Notes under the pieces: model-generated
Seen by the model: the letters and a program-made list of their open reading frames with translations, nothing else
Told to the model about the DNA's origin: nothing
Databases searched by the model: none
Made by a program: the position numbers and the translations under genes
Assembly (NCBI GenBank): GCA_963422735.1
Contig: OY730476.1
Location: 3,904,001 to 3,968,000 of the forward strand
Direction of reading: 5' to 3'
DNA length: 64,000 nt
DNA from: Candidatus Latescibacterota bacterium
Lineage (GTDB): Bacteria; Latescibacterota; UBA2968; UBA8231
Part shown: piece by piece, positions 20,015 to 29,399 of the stretch
Layout of the letters: every line of letters starts with the position of its first letter
Position numbering within the stretch: position 1 is the stretch's first letter

Positions 20015-20179
20015 TTGGATTTTTCCGCTAAATGACGCCTGAGAGATCTTTCAATCCGTTTACGGCCTTAATCCAATGGACTCCTGCTTGTCCTGCCTTT
20101 AGGCGTGACATTCAGTTCAGTAAAGAAAAACAAAAATGGTAGCTAATGTTTTTGAAAAACCACTGAGCTTGCAGCCGAT

Positions 20180-21157
20180 TTAACTCGCGTACACGGCCTC
20201 GCGTAGCCCTTTGATATAGCCGATGGCGAACAGGCGCCCGATCGACGAATAGCCCGGGCTGTCGTTTCGGTCGCCCTCCATCGTCGGCACGTGGTCGGGG
20301 CGCAGGACGCCTTCAAAGCCAATGTCGCGGTAGGCTTCCATGCAGGCGCGCATGTCGGTCTTGCCTTCGTCGTGGAAGGTCTCGACGAATTTTTCGGGCG
20401 TGCCGCGCACATCGCGAAAGTGGACGAAAAAGATGCGGTCGCCAAAGTGGCGGATGACGCTAGGCAAGTCGTCGGTCATCAGGGTGAAGTTGCCTTGGCA
20501 CAGGCAGATGCCATTGGCGGGGCTGGGTACTAGGTCGATGAGCTTCTGGTAATTTTCGATGCTGCGCATGATGCGCCCCATACCGCGGAGGGGCGACAGC
20601 GGCGGGTCGTCCGGGTGCATGGCGAGTTTGACGCCAGCTTCCTCGGCGACTGGCACGACCTTTTCGAGAAAGTACTTCAGGTTGTCCCAAAGCTGCTCTT
20701 CGGTGACGACGCCGGCGTCGGTCAGGGGCGCGTTTTTCATCAGCTCGTTGTCAAAGCCGGTGACCATAGCACCGCCGCGCCCAGGCGCGGCCATTGAGGT
20801 GCGGGTCCAGTTGAGCACAGGCATCCACTCGGGACACCAGACCGGAATACCGATTTTGCCCATGTTGCGAATCAGCTCGCAGGCGTATTCGATCTCTTCG
20901 TCTCGGTCGGAAAGGCCGAGCTTGGCTTTGTTGAGCGGCGGACGGGCCTCGATGACATCGAGGGAGAAGCCGCCGTCGTTAAACGCGGTCTTCATCCGCA
21001 CGAGGTTGGTATAGCTCCAAGGCCGTTGCTCGGGGTGGATGTCGGCGGGGTCGCCGGGTGTGGAGAAACCGCCGACCACGTGATCAACTCCGCATTGCTT
21101 GACCATCCTCCACAGCGGCGTGGGGTGATCGGGCAGGACTTCGGCAATTTTGATCAT
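20180..21157 (-). CDS. uxuA: Mannonate dehydratase
   Basis: NWTRT, LWDNLKYFLEKVVPVAEEAGVKLAMHPDDPP, HFRDV, RPDHVP. Confidence 0.92.
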   Translation of the reverse strand: MIKIAEVLPDHPTPLWRMVKQCGVDHVVGGFSTPGDPADIHPEQRPWSYTNLVRMKTAFNDGGFSLDVIEARPPLNKAKLGLSDRDEEIEYACELIRNMGKIGIPVWCPEWMPVLNWTRTSMAAPGRGGAMVTGFDNELMKNAPLTDAGVVTEEQLWDNLKYFLEKVVPVAEEAGVKLAMHPDDPPLSPLRGMGRIMRSIENYQKLIDLVPSPANGICLCQGNFTLMTDDLPSVIRHFGDRIFFVHFRDVRGTPEKFVETFHDEGKTDMRACMEAYRDIGFEGVLRPDHVPTMEGDRNDSPGYSSIGRLFAIGYIKGLREAVYAS

Positions 21158-21249
21158 GTCGTTCCTTTTTTTGGTGAAGTGAAAGTTGGGGCTTAGGAAA
21201 AAGAAATATCTGCTGTTGGGCGAGGTGAGGTCAATATAGTTCAGCGGGT

Positions 21250-21747
21250 TCAGCGAATAAAAGGGTAAACTAGGCCGGTCAGCGCGTCCTCGATGCGGAT
21301 GCGGTGCGAGAGCAAGGTCCGTGCGGGCAGGGCATCGGCGGCAAAATAGCCGATGTCCGTGCTTTCTGAGGAGAGCCGCAATGCGCCGGCAATAGGGTCG
21401 CAGATAAAGATGTGGGTGACGTAGTGGACGATGGTGCCGTTGGGATAGCGCATAAACGGGTAGCTTTCCGGCCCGGAGTAAACTCCAATCAGCCGCTCGA
21501 CGAGCACCTCTAAGCCCGTTTCCTCATGGACTTCGCGCACCACGCTCTGTTCGACAGACTCGCCGAGTTCGACTTGGCCGCCGGGCAGGCCCCAAAAGCC
21601 GTTGTCTGCGCGCTGTTGCAGCAGGATTTTGCCGGTCTTGTCGCGGATAAAGCCATTAGTCGCCACGCCGAACCGGTCGGGCATTTTCGTCAGCGGCGCG
21701 CCCGTGTTGTCGCGCCATTGGGTATAGTCGAATTCCTCTGTGTGCAT
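21250..21747 (-). CDS. NUDIX hydrolase
   Basis: PGGQVELGESVEQSVVREVHEETGL Nudix box. Confidence 0.9.
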   Translation of the reverse strand: MHTEEFDYTQWRDNTGAPLTKMPDRFGVATNGFIRDKTGKILLQQRADNGFWGLPGGQVELGESVEQSVVREVHEETGLEVLVERLIGVYSGPESYPFMRYPNGTIVHYVTHIFICDPIAGALRLSSESTDIGYFAADALPARTLLSHRIRIEDALTGLVYPFIR

Positions 21748-21829
21748 CGCCGATATACTCACGTTAGGAAAGCGGGCCGTAGGCCGCAATCGCTGCGCTG
21801 TGGAACAAGGTGCGGTACTCATCGCCAGT

Positions 21830-21900
21830 ACTGACGTTACGCAACCTTAAGCCCGCTTGCGATCCATGTTTGGGTAGGTTCGTCCCTCCCGGCATCAGTT
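21830..21900. repeat. Short copy of the MITE-like family
   Basis: CTGACGTTACGCA...AAGCCCGCTTGCG...GCATCAGTT, sharing both ends with 29161-29357. Confidence 0.55.
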
Positions 21901-22127
21901 AAGTCCGCCGCGATGACCACATCCTGCTTCTATCCCCAAAATTCCGCCGACGAAAATCATCATAAGTCGTTAAAAAATAATAGATTAATTCCTTGCGTCG
22001 GTTGTAGGTTGAGCAATGTCAAAACCAGACTCCGGCATTCGCGCTCTCCACGCTCGGAAGGCCATGTCCACGACCGCGATACGGATATTCTGCTGCCGCG
22101 GCTCAGAGTGATCTAACGCTAGTGCGG

Positions 22128-23924
22128 CTATCCCTGTACCGGCTGCAAATTGAGCAACACCAACAGCCACACCCGGTGCCAATACGCGCTGTTGATGTAA
22201 GGGCTATATTCCGAGGGCCAGTTGCGCCAGTAAGTTTGGTTGTGGGGAATGCGGTGATACCACTGCAAGATCGGGATCGACGGCAGTTCGGCGAGCCAGA
22301 TTTGCATGGCTTGGCGGTACAATTGCACTAGCTGCGGATCGCGCGGCGCGATTTCTGCCATTTGATCGACGATCTGGTCGAATTCCTCGTTCTGCCAGCG
22401 CCAGAAATGCTCGGCGGGTGTACCGGTTGGCTGCACGAAGCGGCTGTGGTAGAGCCGCAGCGTAAAGTACGGGTCGCGCACGCTGCCGCCGTGCCCAGTG
22501 ATAAAGGCGCGGGCCGTGCCGTGCGACATGCGGGTATAGGTGTCCGGGGTGTTGCGGAAGTCCGCGTCAAAACCCGCTTTCTCTAGCTGTGCCACTAGAA
22601 CCGGCGTGATGTCTTGGAAGATCGAGGAGATGTCGATGACCATCTTAAACGGCGTTCCATCCTTAGTCCAATAGCCGCCTTCGGGCCGCTTCCAGCCCAT
22701 ACTTTTCATCAACGCCGCGCTCTTGGCCAAATCAAAGACCCCGATTTCGTATTGCTCTAGCAGATCTTCGACCTCGCTGAAATAAGGTCGAAGCGCAGGA
22801 TAAGCGGGAAAGGGCAAGAGCGTCGAGGTGCCCGCTCCCTGCCAGCCGATCTCCACGAGCTGAGCGCGGTCAATGGCGTAGTTGATCGCGCGGCGCACAT
22901 CCACATCCGAGAAGGGGGCCTCTAGGTTGTTAAAGCCCAGCGAAATGGGCCAGAAATCCACATAGCCGTACGGCGGCTCCCGCCCGGTCCAAGTAGTAAC
23001 GCGGGGATTGCGGTCGAGTACGGTTAGGATGTTGGGTGGCCGGAGGTCTAGGCAGGTATCCATGTGGTTGGTAATTAGGTTCTGGACGCGCTTGGCTTCC
23101 TCCATGTAAGGCAGGTAGATGATGCGCTCGACTTTGGGCAGGGATTGGAAGCCGATGGCGGCGGCCCACCAATCCGGGCGCAAGTCCCAGATGCGCTGCT
23201 GGGGGGTTGATAGCGCCAGCTTGTAAGGCCCGGAAAACACGGGCCATCCTTTTTGCGGATCGAAGTGTTCAAAGGTGTCTGGCGACTGCCCTTCCCACAC
23301 GTGCTTGGGCACAATCGGCACCCCATTGCCGAAGTTGTGGGCGAAATACGAAAAGACAAAGCGCGGATTGGGCGCGGTCAGCGCGATGCGCGCCGTCAGG
23401 CTATCAACGGCCACGGCCTCTTGGACCCAGTTTTTCATGTCGGTCGAATAGGATAACAGAGGCGCGTTGTCCTTGAGCATGTTGATCGTAAAAACCAAGT
23501 CGTGAGCCGTCCACGGCTGCCCGTCGCTCCACTTGACTCTTGGGCGAATGGCGATCTCCACCTCGGTATAGGCGTCGTTGAAGCGGTGCCCCGTGGCAAT
23601 CCAGGGAATCAGCTTGCCCTCGAAGGCATTGTAAAAGTACAGCGGCTCGAAAACGAAGTTGTACCCAGTGCGCGAGGTGGTTTCCGGCAGATAGGGGTTG
23701 AACGAATTGTAGTCTTGGATCTGCCCGGCGCATGTGCCGCTTTCGGCGCAATCCACGATCAAGGTCCGGTTCCGTGGGACCTCTATAAGCGCCGAGCCGT
23801 CCGCTTGGCGTTCCTCGGCGTCTGCGCGCTGGCCGGCCGCTTCCGATGGCTCTTGGTCGGAGGGGCTATCGCCGCAGCCGCTGAGCAGCCACGCGCTGAG
23901 CAATGTGCAAACGCTGCGTTTCAT
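22128..23924 (-). CDS. ABC transporter substrate-binding lipoprotein, family 5
   Basis: LSGC lipobox, VKWSDGQPWTAHD, VRRAINYAIDR. Confidence 0.92.
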   Translation of the reverse strand: MKRSVCTLLSAWLLSGCGDSPSDQEPSEAAGQRADAEERQADGSALIEVPRNRTLIVDCAESGTCAGQIQDYNSFNPYLPETTSRTGYNFVFEPLYFYNAFEGKLIPWIATGHRFNDAYTEVEIAIRPRVKWSDGQPWTAHDLVFTINMLKDNAPLLSYSTDMKNWVQEAVAVDSLTARIALTAPNPRFVFSYFAHNFGNGVPIVPKHVWEGQSPDTFEHFDPQKGWPVFSGPYKLALSTPQQRIWDLRPDWWAAAIGFQSLPKVERIIYLPYMEEAKRVQNLITNHMDTCLDLRPPNILTVLDRNPRVTTWTGREPPYGYVDFWPISLGFNNLEAPFSDVDVRRAINYAIDRAQLVEIGWQGAGTSTLLPFPAYPALRPYFSEVEDLLEQYEIGVFDLAKSAALMKSMGWKRPEGGYWTKDGTPFKMVIDISSIFQDITPVLVAQLEKAGFDADFRNTPDTYTRMSHGTARAFITGHGGSVRDPYFTLRLYHSRFVQPTGTPAEHFWRWQNEEFDQIVDQMAEIAPRDPQLVQLYRQAMQIWLAELPSIPILQWYHRIPHNQTYWRNWPSEYSPYINSAYWHRVWLLVLLNLQPVQG

Positions 23925-23993
23925 ATTAGACCTCGCATCGGTTTAGGGGGGACACACCAGCCGCGCCAATTAAGCGCGAGCAAACCGTCTCAT

Positions 23994-25721
23994 TTAACCT
24001 CGCGTTGGTTGCAGGTTCAACAACACCAAAAGCCACGTTCGGTGCCAGTAAGCTGTGTTGATATACGGATTGTCCGCCGATGGCCAGTTGCGCCAGTAGG
24101 TTTGGTTGTGTGGCAAGCGGTGGTAAAATTGCAGCAAGGGTACGGCTGGCAACTCGCGCAGCCAAATCGCCAACGCCTCTCTGAACAGGCCCACCAAGCG
24201 CGGGTCGTCGGGTGAGGTTTGTCCCATCTGATCGACGAGTGCGTCATAGTCGGGGTTTTCCCAGCGCCAGAAGGTCGGCGTCGCCGTGCCCGTCGGTTGG
24301 GCAAAGCGACTGTGGTAGAGCCGCAGCGTAAAATATGGGTCGCGCACCGAGCCACCGTTACCAAATAGATAGGTCTTGGCCGCGCCCGTGGTCATCCGCG
24401 TGTAGTTGTCCGAGGTCATCCGCATGTTGGCTGCAAAGCCGGCCCGCTGCAACTGCTCGACTAGGATCGGCGCGATGTCTTGGAAGGTCTGGCTGATGTC
24501 GAGCAACATCCTAGCCTGTGCTCCATCCCGCGTCCAGATGCCCTCGGCGTCCCGCTGCCACCCCGAATCCTGCATCAGGGCCGCGCTGCGGGCCGGATCG
24601 AACAGCCCCACCGGATACTGCGCCAGCAGGCCTTGGACTTGGGCCGTGTAACGCCTGAGCCGCGGGAAGTCGGGAAATGGCAACGGGGTTGGTCGTCCCG
24701 CCCCCTGCCAGCCAACCTCCACCAGCTGATCGCGGTTGATGGCGTGGTTTACGGCCCAGCGGAAGGCCGGCTCGTCGTAGGGCGGCTCTTGGGCATTGAA
24801 ACCCAGCGAAATGGGCCACCAGTCCAGATAGCCATAGGGCGGCTCTTGGCCACTCCAAGTTGTCACCTTGGGATTTTGGTCTAGAATCGTGCGGATGTTG
24901 GGCGGTAGCATGTCGGCGCACAGGTCCATGGCATTGGTGGCAAGGTTCTGGACCTGTTTGGCCTCCTCCATATAGGGTAAGTAAATCAGCCGCTCGACTT
25001 GCGGCGGCTGACGGAAGCCGATCTTGGCGCCCCACCAGCCTTCGCGCCGGTCCCATATCCGCTGTTCCGGCACGGAGTACACCAAGCGGTACGGCCCGCT
25101 TACTACGGGCCAGCCCTGCGCCAGATCGAAGTTGGCGAAGGTCTTTGGGTCTTGGCCCTCCCAGATGTGCCGAGGCACAATCGGTACGCCATTGTCGAAG
25201 TTGTGGGTGAAATACGTGAAGACGAAGCGCGGATTGGGAGCTGTCAACGCAATGTGCGCCGTCAGGCTGTCGCTGACTACGGCCTTTTTTACCCAAGTCT
25301 GCATATCGACCGCAAAAGTCAGTTCCGGCGCGTTGTCCTTGAGCATGTTGATCGTAAAAACCACGTCGTGCGCCGTCCACGGCTGCCCATCGCTCCACTC
25401 GACCCCGGGCCGAATCGCGATGGTGACCTCAGTATAATCTGCGTTGTACTCGTACCCAGTGGCGATCCAAGGAATGATCTCGTCGCGATAGGCGTTGTAA
25501 AAATAGAGCGGCTCGTAGAGGAAGTTATACCCCGTGCGCGAGACCTTGCCGGGCAGGTAGGGGTTAAAGGCGTCGTAGTCTTGGAACTGGCCGCTGCACG
25601 TGCCTTGATCGACGCAGTCGGTGATTAAGGTGCGCTCGCGCGGCACGTATTGCAGGTGACCCTCGTCGCTACAAGCGGCGCAGACCAAAGCTAGGATCAG
25701 CGAGAAAGCGGGGTGCGTCAA
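23994..25721 (-). CDS. ABC transporter substrate-binding lipoprotein, family 5 (tandem paralog)
   Basis: Same motifs as its neighbour; TTG start behind AAGGAG; CAAC lipobox. Confidence 0.9.
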   Translation of the reverse strand: MTHPAFSLILALVCAACSDEGHLQYVPRERTLITDCVDQGTCSGQFQDYDAFNPYLPGKVSRTGYNFLYEPLYFYNAYRDEIIPWIATGYEYNADYTEVTIAIRPGVEWSDGQPWTAHDVVFTINMLKDNAPELTFAVDMQTWVKKAVVSDSLTAHIALTAPNPRFVFTYFTHNFDNGVPIVPRHIWEGQDPKTFANFDLAQGWPVVSGPYRLVYSVPEQRIWDRREGWWGAKIGFRQPPQVERLIYLPYMEEAKQVQNLATNAMDLCADMLPPNIRTILDQNPKVTTWSGQEPPYGYLDWWPISLGFNAQEPPYDEPAFRWAVNHAINRDQLVEVGWQGAGRPTPLPFPDFPRLRRYTAQVQGLLAQYPVGLFDPARSAALMQDSGWQRDAEGIWTRDGAQARMLLDISQTFQDIAPILVEQLQRAGFAANMRMTSDNYTRMTTGAAKTYLFGNGGSVRDPYFTLRLYHSRFAQPTGTATPTFWRWENPDYDALVDQMGQTSPDDPRLVGLFREALAIWLRELPAVPLLQFYHRLPHNQTYWRNWPSADNPYINTAYWHRTWLLVLLNLQPTRG

Positions 25722-25786
25722 GAGCTTCTCCTTTTTGCGGTGGCTGCCAAAACGTATCAACGCACATTGGGATGGTCAACGCCCGG

Positions 25787-26950
25787 TCAGCCACCCAAGA
25801 CAGCCGCATCCACACGGCCACCTTCTGGCGCGTGGTACGACACCTGCACTGACTCCGAACCCCTCGGACTCGCCGCAGCCTGCGCGACCGACCCCGCACC
25901 CGCTGGGTTGGTCGCCCGCACCTCGAATGTGTACTTCACGCCGTTTTCCAGTCCTTCTACTGTCTGATCCCGCGCTGACGCATCCCCCGCCACGGGTATC
26001 CACGACGACCAGTCTCCCCAAATCGGACGCCAGCGCGCTTCATACCGCGCAATCACTGGTCCCTCCGTCGCGGCTGCCGACCACGTAAGCGCCACCCACC
26101 CGTCTCCAGCCACCGCCTGCAACTTCGCCAGAGCCTACGGCCATCTTCGTTGGAATCATTGTCATGGGCTCTGATCTTATCCACCCAGAGATTACCCGCG
26201 CCGGTCCAATCAATCTGATACCGCACCGATTCGCCACCTGCTGGAACAGAATAACGAATCGCAAACTCCTGATACGTATCAACTGCATCAAACTGCGATT
26301 TCAACACATCCTGAGTACCCAATACGGTACCATCAGAATGTCTGAGGATTCTCAGGATAGCAATTCGGTCTGTGCCGCTAATGTCGTCCGTCTTCATCCA
26401 GAAGATGTGTAACCCATAGTGAGCGTCGGGGTAGGCATAGCGCAGCCGAATGCCAGATCCTGGGGTACTAGGCGTGTCCAGCAGCAGGCCGGAGGTATGC
26501 CGTGCTGTATTCGCATGCCAGCCGTCTCCTTCCCGCTCGCCGATGGGATGGGTGAAAAGGCTCGAGTCCTCCGCTTCCAGCGTCTTGGCCCAATAGGTCT
26601 TACTCGAGTCCCGCCACCTTAGCGGAACGTTCCAACTATACAGTTGAACCTTGAGACCTCGTTGGTGGGCTAGTGTCATGAACCTTTGATTGACAGCGGC
26701 GGCATTCCTTTGCTCCAAAGCGGCATGGGTGGTGTTGAAGTGGGCTTCGACCACCTGATCGAGCCGAGTTGCGAACTGCGCCGGTTGATGATTGAACAGC
26801 CGCTCGAAATCGCGCAGCCTGTAGCTGGAAATAGAGTGCATCACTGAGCCTCCAGGACAACGACGAGGTGCTCGTGGGGGTCAACAGGTCTTCATACTCC
26901 ACCGTGCGTCCTCCTAAGACCGCCCGGCGGAGGAATGTGAGGTTTTTGAA
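25787..26950 (-). pseudogene. Fragments of a large secreted protein with a carbohydrate-binding-like and a fibronectin type III domain
   Basis: VALTWSA...YEARW...VEGLENGVKYTFEVRATNPAGAG Fn3; upstream beta-sandwich ORF pieces in shifted frames. Confidence 0.65.
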
Positions 26951-26977
26951 TATTCTCTCATGCCCCCAGCTCAGCCC

Positions 26978-27634
26978 TCAACCACATCCGTTGCAACCGT
27001 AGCTCTTGACAAACGCACAGTTCTGACCTACTGGCTCAGTATGAAAGTAGAACGAATAAAAACCCACAGGGTCGGAAAACACTCTCGTCGTAACCAAGGT
27101 GTCTCCGCCGTAGGTCAAGGTGAAGAGGCTTTTGAGGTCGGAGCCGTCTGGATAATCGAGGTGATCAAGTCCGCTGGTCAAGACGGTGTAGCCGGCGTCG
27201 TCAGCCCCGTCGAAGCGAAACATAGACCGCTCGCCATCGGCGGTGCGCTCCATCAGGTGCGTCCCCTCCCAGCGTAGCTTCTTGCCGGCGATGAAATGCG
27301 GCGGGGCCGGCGGCCAGTTGGCCGGCATGTCGCTGATCACGTAATACGTCTTGCCGTCGATGACCTCCGTGCGCAATACCTCTATGGTGAAGAGGGGGAA
27401 ATTGGAAGATTTATCGAGGGGTGCCTCTAGAAAGTACACGGGATATAGGGAGATAAGTCTGTCCTCAAAACCAAAAGGACCCTGGTTATCGTAAGAATGG
27501 CGGTAGGTCCACGAGTTGCCCACGGCCAATGGCAGGTAATCGGCCACCTCGTCGTCGGTGGCGGCGGCTGGCTGCACTCCGCTCAGGCTGAGCAGCACCG
27601 CTAAGATCAAGCAAGTCCTCTTTTTCGCTTCCAT
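26978..27634 (-). CDS. Secreted hypothetical protein (possibly truncated)
   Basis: Signal peptide MEAKKRTCLILAVLL...AAA, YLPLAVGNSWTY; AAGGAG RBS. Confidence 0.7.
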   Translation of the reverse strand: MEAKKRTCLILAVLLSLSGVQPAAATDDEVADYLPLAVGNSWTYRHSYDNQGPFGFEDRLISLYPVYFLEAPLDKSSNFPLFTIEVLRTEVIDGKTYYVISDMPANWPPAPPHFIAGKKLRWEGTHLMERTADGERSMFRFDGADDAGYTVLTSGLDHLDYPDGSDLKSLFTLTYGGDTLVTTRVFSDPVGFYSFYFHTEPVGQNCAFVKSYGCNGCG

Positions 27635-27778
27635 GATAGGTCTCCTTGGTGAGCGATGAGAAATCCGTTCCAGCGGCGAGGAGCCGACCCGAGACGGAAT
27701 GGGAAGGGTACTCAACGACAATACCCCTATGTCGTGCGGCCTCCTTTTCCGCACCGGCTTCGACTTCAACGATAGATA

Positions 27779-27794
27779 AGCATCTTCCGTGCCA
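27779..27794 (-). promoter_or_regulatory. Sigma-54 (-24/-12) promoter
   Basis: TGGCACGGAAGATGCT with correct GG-N10-GC spacing, downstream of a sigma-54 activator gene. Confidence 0.72.
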
Positions 27795-27991
27795 ACGAGT
27801 AGGCTACGCACCAAAAAAGTCTTCCCAAGTACCCTAAAGAATTGAAAAACAGGAATTTAAAAAGGTAGGAGGAATTCTCCTACGCTTCGTTGAGCCGCCG
27901 TCGTTGCTCGGTATATGAACCACCTTTTGCTCCTATCAAACCACCTTCTGTTCCCTTGCACCACGTTTTGTGCATCAGGATCCTGTTGCCT

Positions 27992-28520
27992 CTACGCGGG
28001 CTTGGGTCGTTGTATCCCATACTTGCGCATCCGATAGCGCAGCGTCTGATGACTCATACCCAACAACCGAGCCGCTCCCCGATCCCCTGAGACAATCCAA
28101 TTCTTCCTCTGCAGTGCCGCGATAATGCGCTGCTGCTCATCCTGACCCTCCGTACGCTCTTGGCCCTCAGCCTCCGGGGCAACCGCAGACGCCGAAGACG
28201 ACAAAGCCTGCCCCATGTCTTCTGCCGCCAATACCTCTGCTAGTTCAAGGCGCTCCCCTTCGCATAGGATCACCATCCTTTCCATCCAATGGGCTAACTC
28301 CCGCACATTCCCCGGCCAAGTAGAACCCTGCAAATGCGCCAGCACCTCGTCGCTCAACCTCGGCACCGGTCGCTGGAATTTGTGGGCATACTGACGCACA
28401 AAATGCGTCGCTAACAGAGGGATGTCCTCCGGCCGATCCCGCAGCGGCGGCAACACCACCGGAAACATACTCAAGCGATAGTACAGATCCGCCCGGAACG
28501 TCCCCTCCTGCACCGCCTTT
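27992..28520 (-). pseudogene. Sigma-54-dependent Fis-family activator, C-terminal fragment
   Basis: FRADLYYRL, PPLRDRPEDI, WPGNVREL and Fis HTH present; Walker A, GAFTGA and sensor domain missing. Confidence 0.85.
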
Positions 28521-28539
28521 GGCAGATTCTATATTCATA

Positions 28540-29110
28540 TCGCCGAGGACGACGGTGTCGTGGCGATCAATCCAGTTCGCGCTGGCGTCGGAGCCGGTTT
28601 TTCTTGCCGGCCTCCGGTCGCAAATGCAACGAAATCAGTACGAAGTCTAAGGCCCCGTCTAGCGAACGGAAGGCAACGGGGTTAGGGAACGCGCTCGTAG
28701 TCGGTGTGGGCGGAGCGGTCCCCGCAGGTAGATTATTGGCCCGTGCGACCTTTAGAAGGCCGGTCGCTGAGCCTCGCCCGTCCCGGTATCCTCCTCGGAC
28801 AGGATGTGGGAAAAGCCCAACGCCGACATCGCCGCGAAATACTCGGCGGCTTCTGCATCGGGTTTGTAGGCTTTGCCGTTGGGGAATCGGCCCTTGTAAG
28901 GCGGGCGACAAGCTCTTGGATTGCGGCGATAGCGCAATTGCTGACGGCCCGGGCGAGCATTTGGTCATCGCGGACCTTAGATTGGCCCAAAAACTGAATG
29001 TTGAAGGAGCAGACAGTCAGCGCCGTCGGGTGTTTGGTTTGTGGCTTTAATAGGAGATACGCGGCGACCACTAGCAACGCGATGGCAATTCCCATGATTA
29101 GATAGCGCAT
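28540..29110 (-). pseudogene. Endonuclease/exonuclease/phosphatase family protein, frameshifted and truncated
   Basis: TVCSFNIQFLG, AIQEL, DFVLISLHL in different frames. Confidence 0.72.
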
Positions 29111-29160
29111 TTGTCAACTCATCTCAGGGCTCGGCTCAGTGCAGTTTGGTTATATTTGCT

Positions 29161-29357
29161 TAACTAACGTTACGCAGTGGTTTGTCGCGGACGAACCAGT
29201 CCATGCGGGCGGTCCCAACCGGTGGCCCCCGCTGGATGTCACGCCTAAAAGCCTGCGCCCGCGCAAGCGGGCTTCACCGCGCCTTTAGGCGTGACATCCA
29301 GTAGGGGGAAGTGGGACAAAACCGCGTAGGGTGCGGCAAACTGCGTAGCATCAGTTA
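29161..29357. mobile_element. MITE-like element with terminal inverted repeats and an internal 18 bp inverted repeat
   Basis: TAACTAACGTTACGCAGT...ACTGCGTAGCATCAGTTA termini; CTGGATGTCACGCCTAAA...TTTAGGCGTGACATCCAG at 29232-29301. Confidence 0.7.
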
Positions 29358-29399
29358 TTTATACAAAACGCCACTTCGACCCAAAACGCGAGGCAAGAC

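Noticed and set aside
22128-25721. Diversity-generating retroelement template/variable repeat pair
   Set aside because: Similarity spans whole genes, differences are not adenine-specific, and no reverse transcriptase is present
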